From the NCBI GenBank assembly GCA_035532075.1, contig DATKRV010000003.1:9083-73082 (forward strand): a stretch of 64,000 nt of DNA, given 5' to 3'. The position numbers were made by a program, and so were the translations under genes. The notes under the pieces are model-generated. The model had not been told where the DNA came from, made no database searches, and saw only the letters and a list, made by a program, of their open reading frames with translations. This document shows, piece after piece, positions 47,034-56,408 of the stretch (positions are counted from its first letter, which is position 1; each line of letters opens with the position of its first letter). The DNA is from Acidimicrobiales bacterium (GTDB lineage Bacteria > Actinomycetota > Acidimicrobiia > Acidimicrobiales > Bog-793).

Positions 47034-47960
47034 GTGATCATCATGGCCACCAGAGTCGGAGGCGACCAAAGGTCTGAGTTCATCGAATACATCTTTGGCG
47101 CGTGGTCCGAGTTGCGCGTCGAACGCGATCTGTTTCCATGGCGACAGACGAGAGACCCCTGGCTCACGTTGATCGCGGAGTTCATGCTCTCCCAGACTCA
47201 GGTGGTGCGCGTCGTGCCGCGCTTTGTCGAGATGGCAAAGCGGTTTCCAACGCCACAGGCGTGTGCCGACGCGACCCAGGCGGAGGTCATCGCGCTCTGG
47301 ATAGGTCTTGGATACAACCGACGTGCGATTGCGTTGCATAGGTGTGCGCGGATTATCTGTGATACATATGCCGGCGAGGTGCCGTCAGATCTAGGCCTGC
47401 TTCTCGAACTTCCGGGAGTGGGTCCTTATACTTCGCGCGCTATTCGTGCCTTTGCATTTGATGAGCCCGCCGGCGTTGTTGACACCAATATCAGACGAGT
47501 GATCGTAAGGGCGTTGACTGGCGTGAAGGCCTCAGCGAAACAGGTCCAGGAGCTCGCGGATGAACTGGTCGCGCGACAACCTTCTCGTGACTGGAATCTC
47601 GCGCTGATGGATTTTGGCAGCCTTGTCTGTCGGTTGCGATCACCTCAATGCGCGAGATGCCCGCTGTTTGGCGCGAAGTGTAAATGGCGTCATGACGAAA
47701 TCAGTGGAGGATCTATTTTGGCTGATCCTGCATCGCCCGTATCAGTAAAGGGGGCGCGCCAATCGACATTTTCTGGCTCGGACCGTCAGGGACGTGGGCG
47801 TTTGGTGAGACGCGCGTGTCTTGGACCGATCGAGCGCGACAGCCTGGCAGAGGCAGCCGGATGGCCAGAAGAGCCAGATCGCGCGGCGCGAATCGCCGAG
47901 AAACTCATTTCAGAGGGGGTGCTGGCGCGGACGCGAACAGGGAATTACCAGCTTGCCTGA
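47034..47960 (+). CDS. mutY: A/G-specific adenine DNA glycosylase (MutY/Nth superfamily)
   Basis: Contains PWRQTRDPWLTLIAEFMLSQTQV, the HhH motif LPGVGPYTSRAI, and the FeS loop CRLRSPQCARCPLFGAKC. Confidence 0.72.
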   Translation: MIIMATRVGGDQRSEFIEYIFGAWSELRVERDLFPWRQTRDPWLTLIAEFMLSQTQVVRVVPRFVEMAKRFPTPQACADATQAEVIALWIGLGYNRRAIALHRCARIICDTYAGEVPSDLGLLLELPGVGPYTSRAIRAFAFDEPAGVVDTNIRRVIVRALTGVKASAKQVQELADELVARQPSRDWNLALMDFGSLVCRLRSPQCARCPLFGAKCKWRHDEISGGSILADPASPVSVKGARQSTFSGSDRQGRGRLVRRACLGPIERDSLAEAAGWPEEPDRAARIAEKLISEGVLARTRTGNYQLA

Positions 47961-48002
47961 CTAGTGTTGTGGATCAAGAGGACGCAATAGAGGGAGTGGC
48001 AG

Positions 48003-48554
48003 GTGGCAAAGATCTCGATTTCGGACGAGATTGTTGACGTCGTCGTTGTCGAGCCGGCAATTCACGCGGATGCGAGAGGACGCTTCATTGAGTCGTATCG
48101 CAGATCGTGGTTCCCACTCGGACGCGAGATGGTGCAGTCAAACCGCTCGGATCGTGACGCGGGAGCGGTGGTGGGTTTGCACTATCACCTTCATCAAGCC
48201 GACTACTGGTTTATGACGAGAGGGAGCGCCCAGGTGGTCCTCCACGATCTTCGCGTCGGATCCCCAACCGAGGGGAAGACCCAGATGATCGAGATTGGTG
48301 ACGGGAACGAGAAGGGTCTGTTTATTCCCCCGGGTGTAGCACATGGCTTTTCGTCACTGACCGATCTGACACTGACCTATCTCGTTGACAGTTACTACAA
48401 CCCGAACGATGAACTTGGTGTCGCCTGGGATGATTCCGAGATCAACGCGGACTGGCGGATCAGCGATCCGGTGATCTCTGGAAGAGATCGCGAGAACCCG
48501 CGACGCGCACAACTCGCTGATCATCTCCGTCCGAGATATGGACTTCGTACCTGA
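48003..48554 (+). CDS. dTDP-4-dehydrorhamnose 3,5-epimerase-like cupin (RmlC family)
   Basis: Contains DARGRFIESYR, GLHYH and GLFIPPGVAHGF. It is 183 aa. Confidence 0.72.
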   Translation: MAKISISDEIVDVVVVEPAIHADARGRFIESYRRSWFPLGREMVQSNRSDRDAGAVVGLHYHLHQADYWFMTRGSAQVVLHDLRVGSPTEGKTQMIEIGDGNEKGLFIPPGVAHGFSSLTDLTLTYLVDSYYNPNDELGVAWDDSEINADWRISDPVISGRDRENPRRAQLADHLRPRYGLRT

Positions 48555-48623
48555 CGCTCGCTGTTCGACAAATGATGTGGGTTCGTGGGAACTGGTGCTG
48601 GAACAAACTGAGGTAGGTGCAAG

Positions 48624-49532
48624 ATGTTGGTGAAGTTGGTGCTCATCGCGTTAGTGATGGTCATCATCGGACTCCTCGCGCTCCGGTTCCGCCGGGAGAG
48701 TTCCATTGAGCGTTCGATCTCTGGACACCACCGACGACTTGGCTCGATCCATGAGATCGTGGAACGCACGGCCGAGCGCAATACTCGCGACAGTGGACTC
48801 CACGAGGTCGATCGAGGGGAAAGCCTCCCGACCTCTGCGCTCGCGATTGAACGAAAGGCAATCAATGCGCGTGCGGAGATCGAGATCACCGACGATCGAA
48901 GGGTCAGCAATGAGGGACGTCTCGTCTTTGGCGATCTCTCCATTACGCCCGTAAAACCACCGGTGCCACCGATCTACGGGAGACGCCCGAAGCGTCCAGC
49001 AAAGCCAGGCAGTGGTGAGCATTTCAAGGTTCCCGGTGCAAGCGCCAAGGGGAAGCCTCCGCGCGCCGCGGCTGTCTTGTTGGTTCTTGTCGTCTTTGCA
49101 GGCGGCGTTGCGTATTACCTCCACTCCCGTTCAAAATCGGGCGCGCTGACGGTTCCGACGACCTCGACCACGATACGAACCCCTCCTCGCGCGACGGCCA
49201 ACACTGCTTCGAAGCCATCGTCGACCGCGACACGACTCGTAGCCTCGACGGTCTCGAGCGCAACCTATAGCGCACCTGCGGGGAGCTACCTGATCAAGGT
49301 CGACGCAACCGGTCCCTGCTGGGTCGGATTCAAGCACCGGGCAACGCAGAGCAGGTGGTTGGCCATGTCCACGATCGGTGAATCCGGTGTCAACTCCGTT
49401 GATTTGTCGACGAGTGGACACCTTGTGATCGTGATCGGAAATCCACCGAACCTGAAGGAGATAACGGTGAACGGCGCGGTGCTTGGCCTGCCAAAGCTGC
49501 AAGCCGCTGGCTTCGACGTGATCTTCAAATAA
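48624..49532 (+). CDS. single-pass membrane protein with RodZ-C/DUF4115-like C-terminal domain (tentative)
   Basis: It has an N-terminal TM helix LVKLVLIALVMVIIGLLAL, a second TM helix, and an S/T/P-rich linker. The C-terminus reads YLIKVDATGPCWVGFK...LVIVIGNPPNLKEITVNG. Confidence 0.45.
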   Translation: MLVKLVLIALVMVIIGLLALRFRRESSIERSISGHHRRLGSIHEIVERTAERNTRDSGLHEVDRGESLPTSALAIERKAINARAEIEITDDRRVSNEGRLVFGDLSITPVKPPVPPIYGRRPKRPAKPGSGEHFKVPGASAKGKPPRAAAVLLVLVVFAGGVAYYLHSRSKSGALTVPTTSTTIRTPPRATANTASKPSSTATRLVASTVSSATYSAPAGSYLIKVDATGPCWVGFKHRATQSRWLAMSTIGESGVNSVDLSTSGHLVIVIGNPPNLKEITVNGAVLGLPKLQAAGFDVIFK

Positions 49533-49538
49533 CGCGCC

Positions 49539-50138
49539 TCAGTCGCCGATCGATTCCCATCGCGTCGCAGTCTTGGCGAGCAATGGGTGAGTGACAAAAA
49601 GGTGCCAGATCACCGCCGCAAGACCCTCGGTGTGTGGCGTGACATGTTCGCGATAGAGCGGGGGAATGACCACGCAGGCATCTGCGTTTTTCAACGTGTA
49701 GCCACCCTCACGACCAATCACGCCATAGACCGGGACGCCGCGTTTCCGAGCGAGCTGGATCGCCCGCACGATGTTGGTCGATACGTTCCTCTCCTCGTCG
49801 CCTCCACCGACCGAGAAGACCAGCAGGCCATCATCGGGGCGCAGCCGCGAGCCGGTCAGCCACTCCGAAAAGGTGGTCTCCCAGCCCTCGTCGTTGGCGC
49901 GCGCGGTCAGTTCGGAGACGTTGTCCGTCGGGGTATAGGCCTCGAATCCACAGATCTTGCGAAAGTCGTTCACCGCGTGCGAGGCGTGACCCGCAGAACC
50001 ACCGACACCGAGGATGAACAGTCGACCGCCCCGGTTGCGCACGGCGGCGAGTCCTTGAATGCATCGCTCAATCGAACCGGTGTCCAGCGCCTGCAAGATC
50101 TTGATCGATTCATCGATAAATGACTCACTAAAACTCAT
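49539..50138 (-). CDS. gmhA: SIS-domain phosphoheptose isomerase
   Basis: Contains GGRLFILGVGGSAGHASHAVNDFRK and LLVFSVGGG. GGAGAGG lies 6 nt upstream of ATG 50138. Confidence 0.72.
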   Translation of the reverse strand: MSFSESFIDESIKILQALDTGSIERCIQGLAAVRNRGGRLFILGVGGSAGHASHAVNDFRKICGFEAYTPTDNVSELTARANDEGWETTFSEWLTGSRLRPDDGLLVFSVGGGDEERNVSTNIVRAIQLARKRGVPVYGVIGREGGYTLKNADACVVIPPLYREHVTPHTEGLAAVIWHLFVTHPLLAKTATRWESIGD

Positions 50139-50391
50139 GACCTCTCCTCGACCATTTTGGAACATCTCGCCTGAAACGACGAATCCTGTGCGCCTTTCGC
50201 CCCAATTCTCTCGTGACGCGCGAAAGGATAGATGAACCTTTCCTGGGGGCCCCTCCTTTTGTCCCATACGGGCCTTCCTTGGTGCCCCTTATGTTCGGCT
50301 GGGACATTGAGGGGTCGGAGCGGAGGTGGAATTGATACTATGGGGATAGGAGTAATTCGGATATCTTCCGACGCCTCCTCGACTCTAGGGA

Positions 50392-51798
50392 GTGCCCCAC
50401 GTGACGAAAGAACTTGATCTCGGAAAGTACTCGCTCGGTTGGAGCGACGAAGAGGACTATGTCTTCAAGCCCCGCAAGGGCCTCAACGAGGAGATCGTCC
50501 GGGAGATGTCAAGGATCAAAGGCGAGCCAGAATGGATGCTGAAGTTCCGTCTCAGCGCCTACCGGCGTTTTCGCGAGAAGCCGATGCTTGACTGGTTCGC
50601 GACAAAGATGCCTGGACTTGATTTCGAGGACATCTACTACTACATCAAGCCAACCGCCGGTCTTGTCGACGCGTGGGAGGAACTCCCCGAGTCCGTGAAG
50701 AACACCTACGAGAAGCTCGGCATTCCCGAAGCCGAACGGAAGTACCTGGCCGGTGTGACCGCGCAGTACGAGTCAGAGGTGGTCTATCACCGCAACCGCG
50801 AGGATCTCGAAAAACTCGGTGTGTTGTTCAGTGACATGGACACTGCGGTGCGCGAGTACCCGGAGATCGTCCGCAAGTGGTTCGGCAAGATCATTCCGCC
50901 GAACGACAACAAGTTCGCAGCACTCAACTCGGCCGTGTGGTCGGGCGGCTCGTTCATCTACATCCCGCCTGGCGTCAAGGTCGACATGCCCCTGCAGGCG
51001 TATTTCCGGATCAATGCAGAGAACATGGGACAGTTCGAGCGCACGCTGATCATTGCCGATGAGGGCTCGCAGGTGCACTATGTCGAGGGTTGCTCGGCTC
51101 CGGTCTATTCGACCGACTCGCTGCACTCCGCAGTCGTCGAGCTCGTCGCTCTGCCGGGCAGCAGGATCACCTATACGACGATCCAGAACTGGTCGAACAA
51201 CGTCTATAACCTCGTGACCAAGCGTGCACGTGCAGAGACAGAGGCACACGTCGAATGGATCGACGGCAACATCGGGTCGCGTCTCACGATGAAGTATCCC
51301 TCGGTCTACCTGATGGGACCAAAGGCCTCCGGCGAGGTGCTCTCGGTTGCCTATGCGGGCGCCGGTCAGATCCAAGACACCGGAGCGAAGATGGTGCACT
51401 TTGCACCGGAGACGACATCGACGATCATCTCGAAGTCGATCTCCAAAGATGGCGGAATCACCACCTATCGCGGCAAGGTCCATGTGGATGAGGGCGCCAA
51501 GGGTGCGAAGTCCTTCGTGCGCTGTGATGCGCTCATTCTCGATGAGGAATCGACCTCAGAGACCAAGCCCTACATGGAGGTCGAAGAGCGGGACGCGCAG
51601 ATCGGGCATGAGGCGACGGTGTCAAAGGTCGGGGACGATCAGCTCTTCTATCTGATGAGCCGTGGGCTCTCCGAGACGCAGGCGACCTCGATGATCGTGA
51701 ACGGCTTCATCGAGCCGATCACAAGGACACTGCCGATGGAATATGCGGTCGAGTGGAGCCGACTGATCGAGCTGCAGATGGAAGGGTCGGTAGGCTGA
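50392..51798 (+). CDS. sufB: Fe-S cluster assembly protein SufB
   Basis: Contains ...[13 protein letters not shown]..., [23 protein letters not shown] and the SufB C-terminal beta-helix. The GTG at 50401 is an alternative start. Confidence 0.93.
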   Translation: MPHVTKELDLGKYSLGWSDEEDYVFKPRKGLNEEIVREMSRIKGEPEWMLKFRLSAYRRFREKPMLDWFATKMPGLDFEDIYYYIKPTAGLVDAWEELPESVKNTYEKLGIPEAERKYLAGVTAQYESEVVYHRNREDLEKLGVLFSDMDTAVREYPEIVRKWFGKIIPPNDNKFAALNSAVWSGGSFIYIPPGVKVDMPLQAYFRINAENMGQFERTLIIADEGSQVHYVEGCSAPVYSTDSLHSAVVELVALPGSRITYTTIQNWSNNVYNLVTKRARAETEAHVEWIDGNIGSRLTMKYPSVYLMGPKASGEVLSVAYAGAGQIQDTGAKMVHFAPETTSTIISKSISKDGGITTYRGKVHVDEGAKGAKSFVRCDALILDEESTSETKPYMEVEERDAQIGHEATVSKVGDDQLFYLMSRGLSETQATSMIVNGFIEPITRTLPMEYAVEWSRLIELQMEGSVG

Positions 51799-51847
51799 GA
51801 ACCTGCCTTTGACGTTACGTCAGCAGCACCGAGGAGGTCCGGCTCAC

Positions 51848-52216
51848 ATGCCGATGCGCGAGGAATGCAAGAACTATCAATCGAGGACGTATGCGAACGG
51901 CGAAGTAGCCCGTCTCTGCATCCTTGGTCTCGCTCCCGAGGCACCCTGGCGCTGTCCTGAGAACTGTCCGTCCTATGTCCGTCGTCTGGCGGACGCGGGC
52001 TGGACGCATGGAAGCCTGATCGAACCACCGATTGAAGACGAACCCGAGGGAGCAAATGTCGCTGAACTGCTCGACAATGCAGAGGACATCGTGAACGCGG
52101 TCGTCGCGTCAACGCGCGAAGAGGTACTCGCCGCCCGCGATGAACGAGAGGGCGACTCATTCGGCCGCGGTCTGCGTCGATTATTTCGCAAGAACAATCC
52201 AAAGAGAGATCAATGA
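51848..52216 (+). CDS. small Cys4 protein of unknown function inserted between sufB and sufD
   Basis: The product reads MPMREECKNYQSRTYANGEVARLCILGLAPEAPWRCPENCPSYV..., followed by an acidic/basic tail. GAGGAGG lies 10 nt upstream. Its stop overlaps the sufD ATG (ATGA). Confidence 0.5.
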   Translation: MPMREECKNYQSRTYANGEVARLCILGLAPEAPWRCPENCPSYVRRLADAGWTHGSLIEPPIEDEPEGANVAELLDNAEDIVNAVVASTREEVLAARDEREGDSFGRGLRRLFRKNNPKRDQ

Positions 52217-53523
52217 ACCTTTCGGACCGAAGATTTTCCGCCGAGTCCCTCGAGGCACTCGGAGGTTCAGAATGGGTCGCGCGCTATCGAGCATCGGCAC
52301 TCGCCCGACTGAGCGAAGTCCATGAGGCGACGTCGACGGCCGAGGACTGGCGTTATGGCCGTATCGACGAGCTCGATCTCTCGAGTTATGGCGTGGTCTT
52401 GCCACGTATCCATGAGGCAATTCCGATTAGCTCGGCGTCGCGCGCGTTTCTCGATGACTTTGGAGACCATGGGGCGCTCGTGCATGTGATCGACGGGGTG
52501 CTCGTCTCGGTCGAACTTCGCGATGAGATCAAGCACTCCGGTATCACGATCGGTTCGATCGCGGACTTTGACCTGCCGATCGAGGAGTTCGGTTCGCTGC
52601 TCAGTCTTGTCGACGAGCCGTTCGGAGTACTCAATGACGCCTTTGCGCCAGCGGCGACGGTGATCGATGTCCCCGCGAACTCGGCATTCGAGCCTCCGAT
52701 CGTGGTGATATCAGAGCTTTCGGAGGCCGCGGTCGAGGGACTCTCCTACGCGCGTCTGTTCATCCGTCTTGGTGTCTTCGCACAGGCCTCCGTTGTGGTC
52801 TTTCAGACCTCTCTCGATGGAAGACTCCTTCATGTTCCGGTGGTTGAGACCTTTGTCGGAGAGTCGGCCCATCTGCGCCTCGACCTCGTCCAGCAACTCG
52901 CCGAGCGATCGTGGCTGCTCGGTTACCAGCTTGCAGAGATCGGGCGCGATGCAACGCTGAGCGCGTTCTCGGCATCGCTCGGTGCGGACTACTCGCGTCT
53001 CTACTCCAGGGCCGCGCTTGCCGGTGAGGGCGGCGAGAGCCGTCTCTTTGCCGCCTACCTTGGAATTGCAACCCAGGTTCAAGAGTTCCGCACCTTCCAG
53101 GATCATCTCGTCGGTCGGACCAAGAGCGAACTGATCTTCAAAGGAGCGGTCGCGGACCACGCACGTTCGGTGTATTCGGGCATGATCCACATGCGAAAGG
53201 GAGCTCGGCGCGCGGATGCCTCCCAGACGAACCGGAATCTCGTACTGAGCGAGGGCGCACATGCCGATTCGGTTCCCAATCTCGATATCGACGAGAACGA
53301 CGTGCACTGCAGCCACGCCTCAGCGGTGGGACCAATCGATCCAGATCAGCTCTTCTATCTCGAATCGCGCGGAATTCCCCCGGAGGTCGCGGAACGACTC
53401 ATCCTGCTTGGCTTTTTCGATGATCTGTTGTCCAGGGCGAACAATGCGGGATGCGCAACCTATATCCGTAAAGATGTCGAGCTCCGGCTCGCGGATTCGA
53501 TCTATGCGCAGCTCGCATCATGA
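52213..53523 (+). CDS. sufD: Fe-S cluster assembly protein SufD
   Basis: The product is 436 aa. It contains ...QTNRNLVLSEGAHADSVPNLDIDENDVHCSHASAVGPIDPDQLFYLESRGI.... Confidence 0.9.
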   Translation: MNLSDRRFSAESLEALGGSEWVARYRASALARLSEVHEATSTAEDWRYGRIDELDLSSYGVVLPRIHEAIPISSASRAFLDDFGDHGALVHVIDGVLVSVELRDEIKHSGITIGSIADFDLPIEEFGSLLSLVDEPFGVLNDAFAPAATVIDVPANSAFEPPIVVISELSEAAVEGLSYARLFIRLGVFAQASVVVFQTSLDGRLLHVPVVETFVGESAHLRLDLVQQLAERSWLLGYQLAEIGRDATLSAFSASLGADYSRLYSRAALAGEGGESRLFAAYLGIATQVQEFRTFQDHLVGRTKSELIFKGAVADHARSVYSGMIHMRKGARRADASQTNRNLVLSEGAHADSVPNLDIDENDVHCSHASAVGPIDPDQLFYLESRGIPPEVAERLILLGFFDDLLSRANNAGCATYIRKDVELRLADSIYAQLAS

Positions 53524-53843
53524 GTGAGGTTGGATTCGTGGATCTGTGTGGTGCCGAAGAGATGGCACTCGGGGAGGCGAGAAGGTTCATGCTCGAGGTT
53601 GGGCCGGTCTGTCTGGTCCGGTGCAACGGGGGGTTCCGCGCGATCCTCGATGTCTGTAGCCATGAGGACTTTCCGCTCTCCGAAGGAGAGGTCGAACTCG
53701 AAGAGTGCCTGATTGAATGCTGGAAGCACGGCAGTATGTTCTCGCTCGATACCGGTGAGCCGATGTCGTTCCCTGCCACACAGCCCGTTCCGGTCTATGC
53801 GGTCCTGATCGAAAACGGACGGGTGTTGGTGAAGGCCCAGTGA
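53520..53843 (+). CDS. Rieske [2Fe-2S] domain protein (suf-associated)
   Basis: It has the CxH and CxxH pairs VCSHED and ECWKHGSMF. Its start and stop overlap the neighbouring genes by 4 nt each. Confidence 0.8.
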   Translation: MSEVGFVDLCGAEEMALGEARRFMLEVGPVCLVRCNGGFRAILDVCSHEDFPLSEGEVELEECLIECWKHGSMFSLDTGEPMSFPATQPVPVYAVLIENGRVLVKAQ

Positions 53844-54625
53844 GTACGCTTCGTATCGCTGGACTTCGTGCCGCAATCGGTTCGAAAGAGGTCCTCAGGG
53901 GAATCGACCTCGAGATCTGCTCGGGTGAGATCCACGCGATCATGGGGCCAAACGGCGCTGGCAAGTCCTCGCTCGCCAATGTCCTGATGGGCAATCGCGC
54001 CTATCTGGTGACGGAGGGATCCGTCACCCTCGACGGGGTCGATCTGCTTTCGCTGAGCACCTATGAGCGCGCCGGTGCCGGGCTGTTCCTTGCCTCGCAG
54101 AGTCCGATGGAGATTCCCGGTGTCCCCCTCCTTTCGCTGTTGCGAGAGGCGCTGCTCGCCCAGGGACGCGCCGACGAGGCCGAGGAGGAGTCATTGCTCG
54201 CGCGCCTTGACAAAGAGGCGCTCTCGATCGGTGTACCCGAGGCGATGCTCGGGCGCGCGGTCAATGTCGATGCCTCAGGTGGTGAGAAGAAGCGACTCGA
54301 GACCCTCCAGCTCGCGATCCTCCAGCCACGGATCGCGCTCTTGGACGAACTCGACTCGGGCCTCGATGTCGATGCACTGCGCGATGTCGCGCGTCGCATC
54401 GAACGACAGGCACACGCACCTGAACCCGGAACGATTGCCATCGGGGTCCTCGCGATCACGCACTATCGCCGCCTGCTCGACGAGCTCCATCCTGATGGGG
54501 TGCATGTCTATGTGAACGGCAGGATCGTCAAGTCGGGCGGTCTTGAGCTCGCAGATGAACTTGAACGCGATGGTTACGCTGCCTACACCGAGGATGAGCC
54601 GGTCTCCGATTTCATCTTCCCATAG
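53840..54625 (+). CDS. sufC: Fe-S cluster assembly ATPase SufC
   Basis: Contains GPNGAGKSSL (Walker A), SGGEKKR (ABC signature) and LLDELDSGLD (Walker B). Confidence 0.95.
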   Translation: MSTLRIAGLRAAIGSKEVLRGIDLEICSGEIHAIMGPNGAGKSSLANVLMGNRAYLVTEGSVTLDGVDLLSLSTYERAGAGLFLASQSPMEIPGVPLLSLLREALLAQGRADEAEEESLLARLDKEALSIGVPEAMLGRAVNVDASGGEKKRLETLQLAILQPRIALLDELDSGLDVDALRDVARRIERQAHAPEPGTIAIGVLAITHYRRLLDELHPDGVHVYVNGRIVKSGGLELADELERDGYAAYTEDEPVSDFIFP

Positions 54626-54650
54626 TCCTTTTCGGCCCTAATCTCTCGGG

Positions 54651-55058
54651 GTGATGATGCATCTCTTAGCGCCGGATCCGAACGCGCACCTTGGCACGCT
54701 GCTCAGCTTCCATCAGGTGTGGGGCTATCTCGTCATCACCGGGAACGGTCTCGCCGGGCTCTGGGCCCTCGTTGCCAACTATCGCGAGAAACTTCGTACG
54801 AGAGCACTCTGGTGGTTTACCTTCTTCGTCGAGGCGGCGATATTTGTCCAGATTGGCTCCGGACTTGGTCTTGTCGAGGGCGAACACGCGAGGCCGCTCG
54901 CGTTCCATCCGTTCTACGGGTTCTTCGCCGTCGTCGTCGTCGGGTTCCTCTTTGCCTACCGACGGCAGCTGTTCGCGCGTCGCTACCTGCTCTATGGATA
55001 CGGCGGTTTGTTTTTGATGGGCATCGGAATCCGCGCGCTCATCACTGCGCACGCCTGA
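54651..55058 (+). CDS. hypothetical membrane protein (about 4 TM helices)
   Basis: This is a 135-aa hydrophobic ORF (VWGYLVITGNGLAGLWALVANY..., WWFTFFVEAAIFVQIGSGLGLV...). No family was recognised. Confidence 0.45.
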   Translation: MMMHLLAPDPNAHLGTLLSFHQVWGYLVITGNGLAGLWALVANYREKLRTRALWWFTFFVEAAIFVQIGSGLGLVEGEHARPLAFHPFYGFFAVVVVGFLFAYRRQLFARRYLLYGYGGLFLMGIGIRALITAHA

Positions 55059-55424
55059 CGACCTTCTCGGAGATGCCGCTCCCAGGTGCTGATTTTGAGT
55101 ACTGGAGTACCAGGTTCCGGGAGACCCCTTTCTCGTTTCTCGCGCCTGGGAAACGCACGATTCCGATCTCTTGAGTCGTGATGAGAGGTCGCCGCCCCGA
55201 TCTTCACTGACGTGTCGGCGCTCATTGCGTCGCGCGTTGAGCGATGGGCGATAATACGGCTTGCGAATGGCGATAACCGGGTAGCCTTCGTGGCCGTCCA
55301 CCGGATTGCAACCGCCCCCCAACACTTCCCGCTAGTATCTGCGAAAGCCGGATGATGCCCCGGCGGGCCACAAAGCCCGAACTGCCCAGCGAGTTGGGTT
55401 GATGGCCTCTACGCGAATGTCGAC

Positions 55425-56408
55425 ATGCGTGGAGGTCGCGTCTTGAGTCAGACACAGCTGGCAGCGCCTGTCATCCAGGCTTTGCAGGATCTCACGATCC
55501 TGTTCGGTGCCCCGTTGGTGAGCGGTGTCATCGCGCATGTCGAAGGTCGCATTCAAGGCCGTCGTGGTCCGCGAGTCTTTCAACCCTACTACGACCTAGC
55601 AAAACTCTTTCGCAAAGAGACTGTCGTCCCCGAAGGATCGAGTTGGGTCTTCCTCGTCGGACCTATCATCGCGTTCTCCTGCTATCTCATCGTCCCGCTT
55701 CTCATCCCGGTGCTCACAACCTATGGACTGCCCCTCGGCTACATGGGCGACATCTTGGGAGGTGGCTTCATCCTCGCCCTCGCCGGGTTCTCGGTCGCGA
55801 TCGCCGGCACGGAGTCAGGTGCTCCGTACGCACAGCTTGGGGCCAGCCGGGCGATGACCTTCGGCGCGCTCATCGAGCCGACGATCCTCTTCGTCGTCTT
55901 TGCCGTTGGGATCATCACAGCAACCGACCTTCCCTATGCGCTCGCTGCGACCGTGCGTTCCTCGACGGGCGAGATTGTCCGCCCGGCGCACATTCTCGCG
56001 GCGATCGCTTTCTTTCTTGTGGTACTCGCCGATACCGGCAGGATCCCGGTCGAGACGCACTCGGGAACCTTGGAGTTCGGAATGATCGATGAGGGTCGGA
56101 CCCTCGAGCACTCGGGCGCGCCGTTCGCATTGCTCAGGTGGGGATCGACGATGAAGCAGCTGATCCTCTACACGATCCTCATCGATGTCTTCGTCGCGCC
56201 GTGGGGCCTTGCCACAGATCGGCGACCAGCTTCAGTCGTCCTTGCCATTCCATCTCTTCTCGGGAAGGCCATGGTTGTCGGCTGCATATTCGCGATTATC
56301 GACAACTCCTTCTCGAAGTTGCGTCTGTTCAAGATCACCGAGTTCCTCGCCGCGGCGTTCCTTCTTGCCGTACTCGCCGTACTCGTCTTCTACCTGGGGG
56401 GTGGCTGA
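55425..56408 (+). CDS. NuoH/HycD/HyfC-like membrane subunit
   Basis: Contains VEGRIQGRRGPRVFQPYYDLAKLFRKE and multiple TM helices. The product is 327 aa. Confidence 0.85.
   Translation: MRGGRVLSQTQLAAPVIQALQDLTILFGAPLVSGVIAHVEGRIQGRRGPRVFQPYYDLAKLFRKETVVPEGSSWVFLVGPIIAFSCYLIVPLLIPVLTTYGLPLGYMGDILGGGFILALAGFSVAIAGTESGAPYAQLGASRAMTFGALIEPTILFVVFAVGIITATDLPYALAATVRSSTGEIVRPAHILAAIAFFLVVLADTGRIPVETHSGTLEFGMIDEGRTLEHSGAPFALLRWGSTMKQLILYTILIDVFVAPWGLATDRRPASVVLAIPSLLGKAMVVGCIFAIIDNSFSKLRLFKITEFLAAAFLLAVLAVLVFYLGGG

Noticed and set aside
55059-55424. The intergenic region upstream of the Ehr-like operon, scanned for a promoter, riboswitch or small ORF (GGCGATAA occurs twice; TAGTAT -10-like)
   Set aside because: No -35/-10 pair with acceptable spacing was found. 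No convincing structure or repeat could be established by eye.
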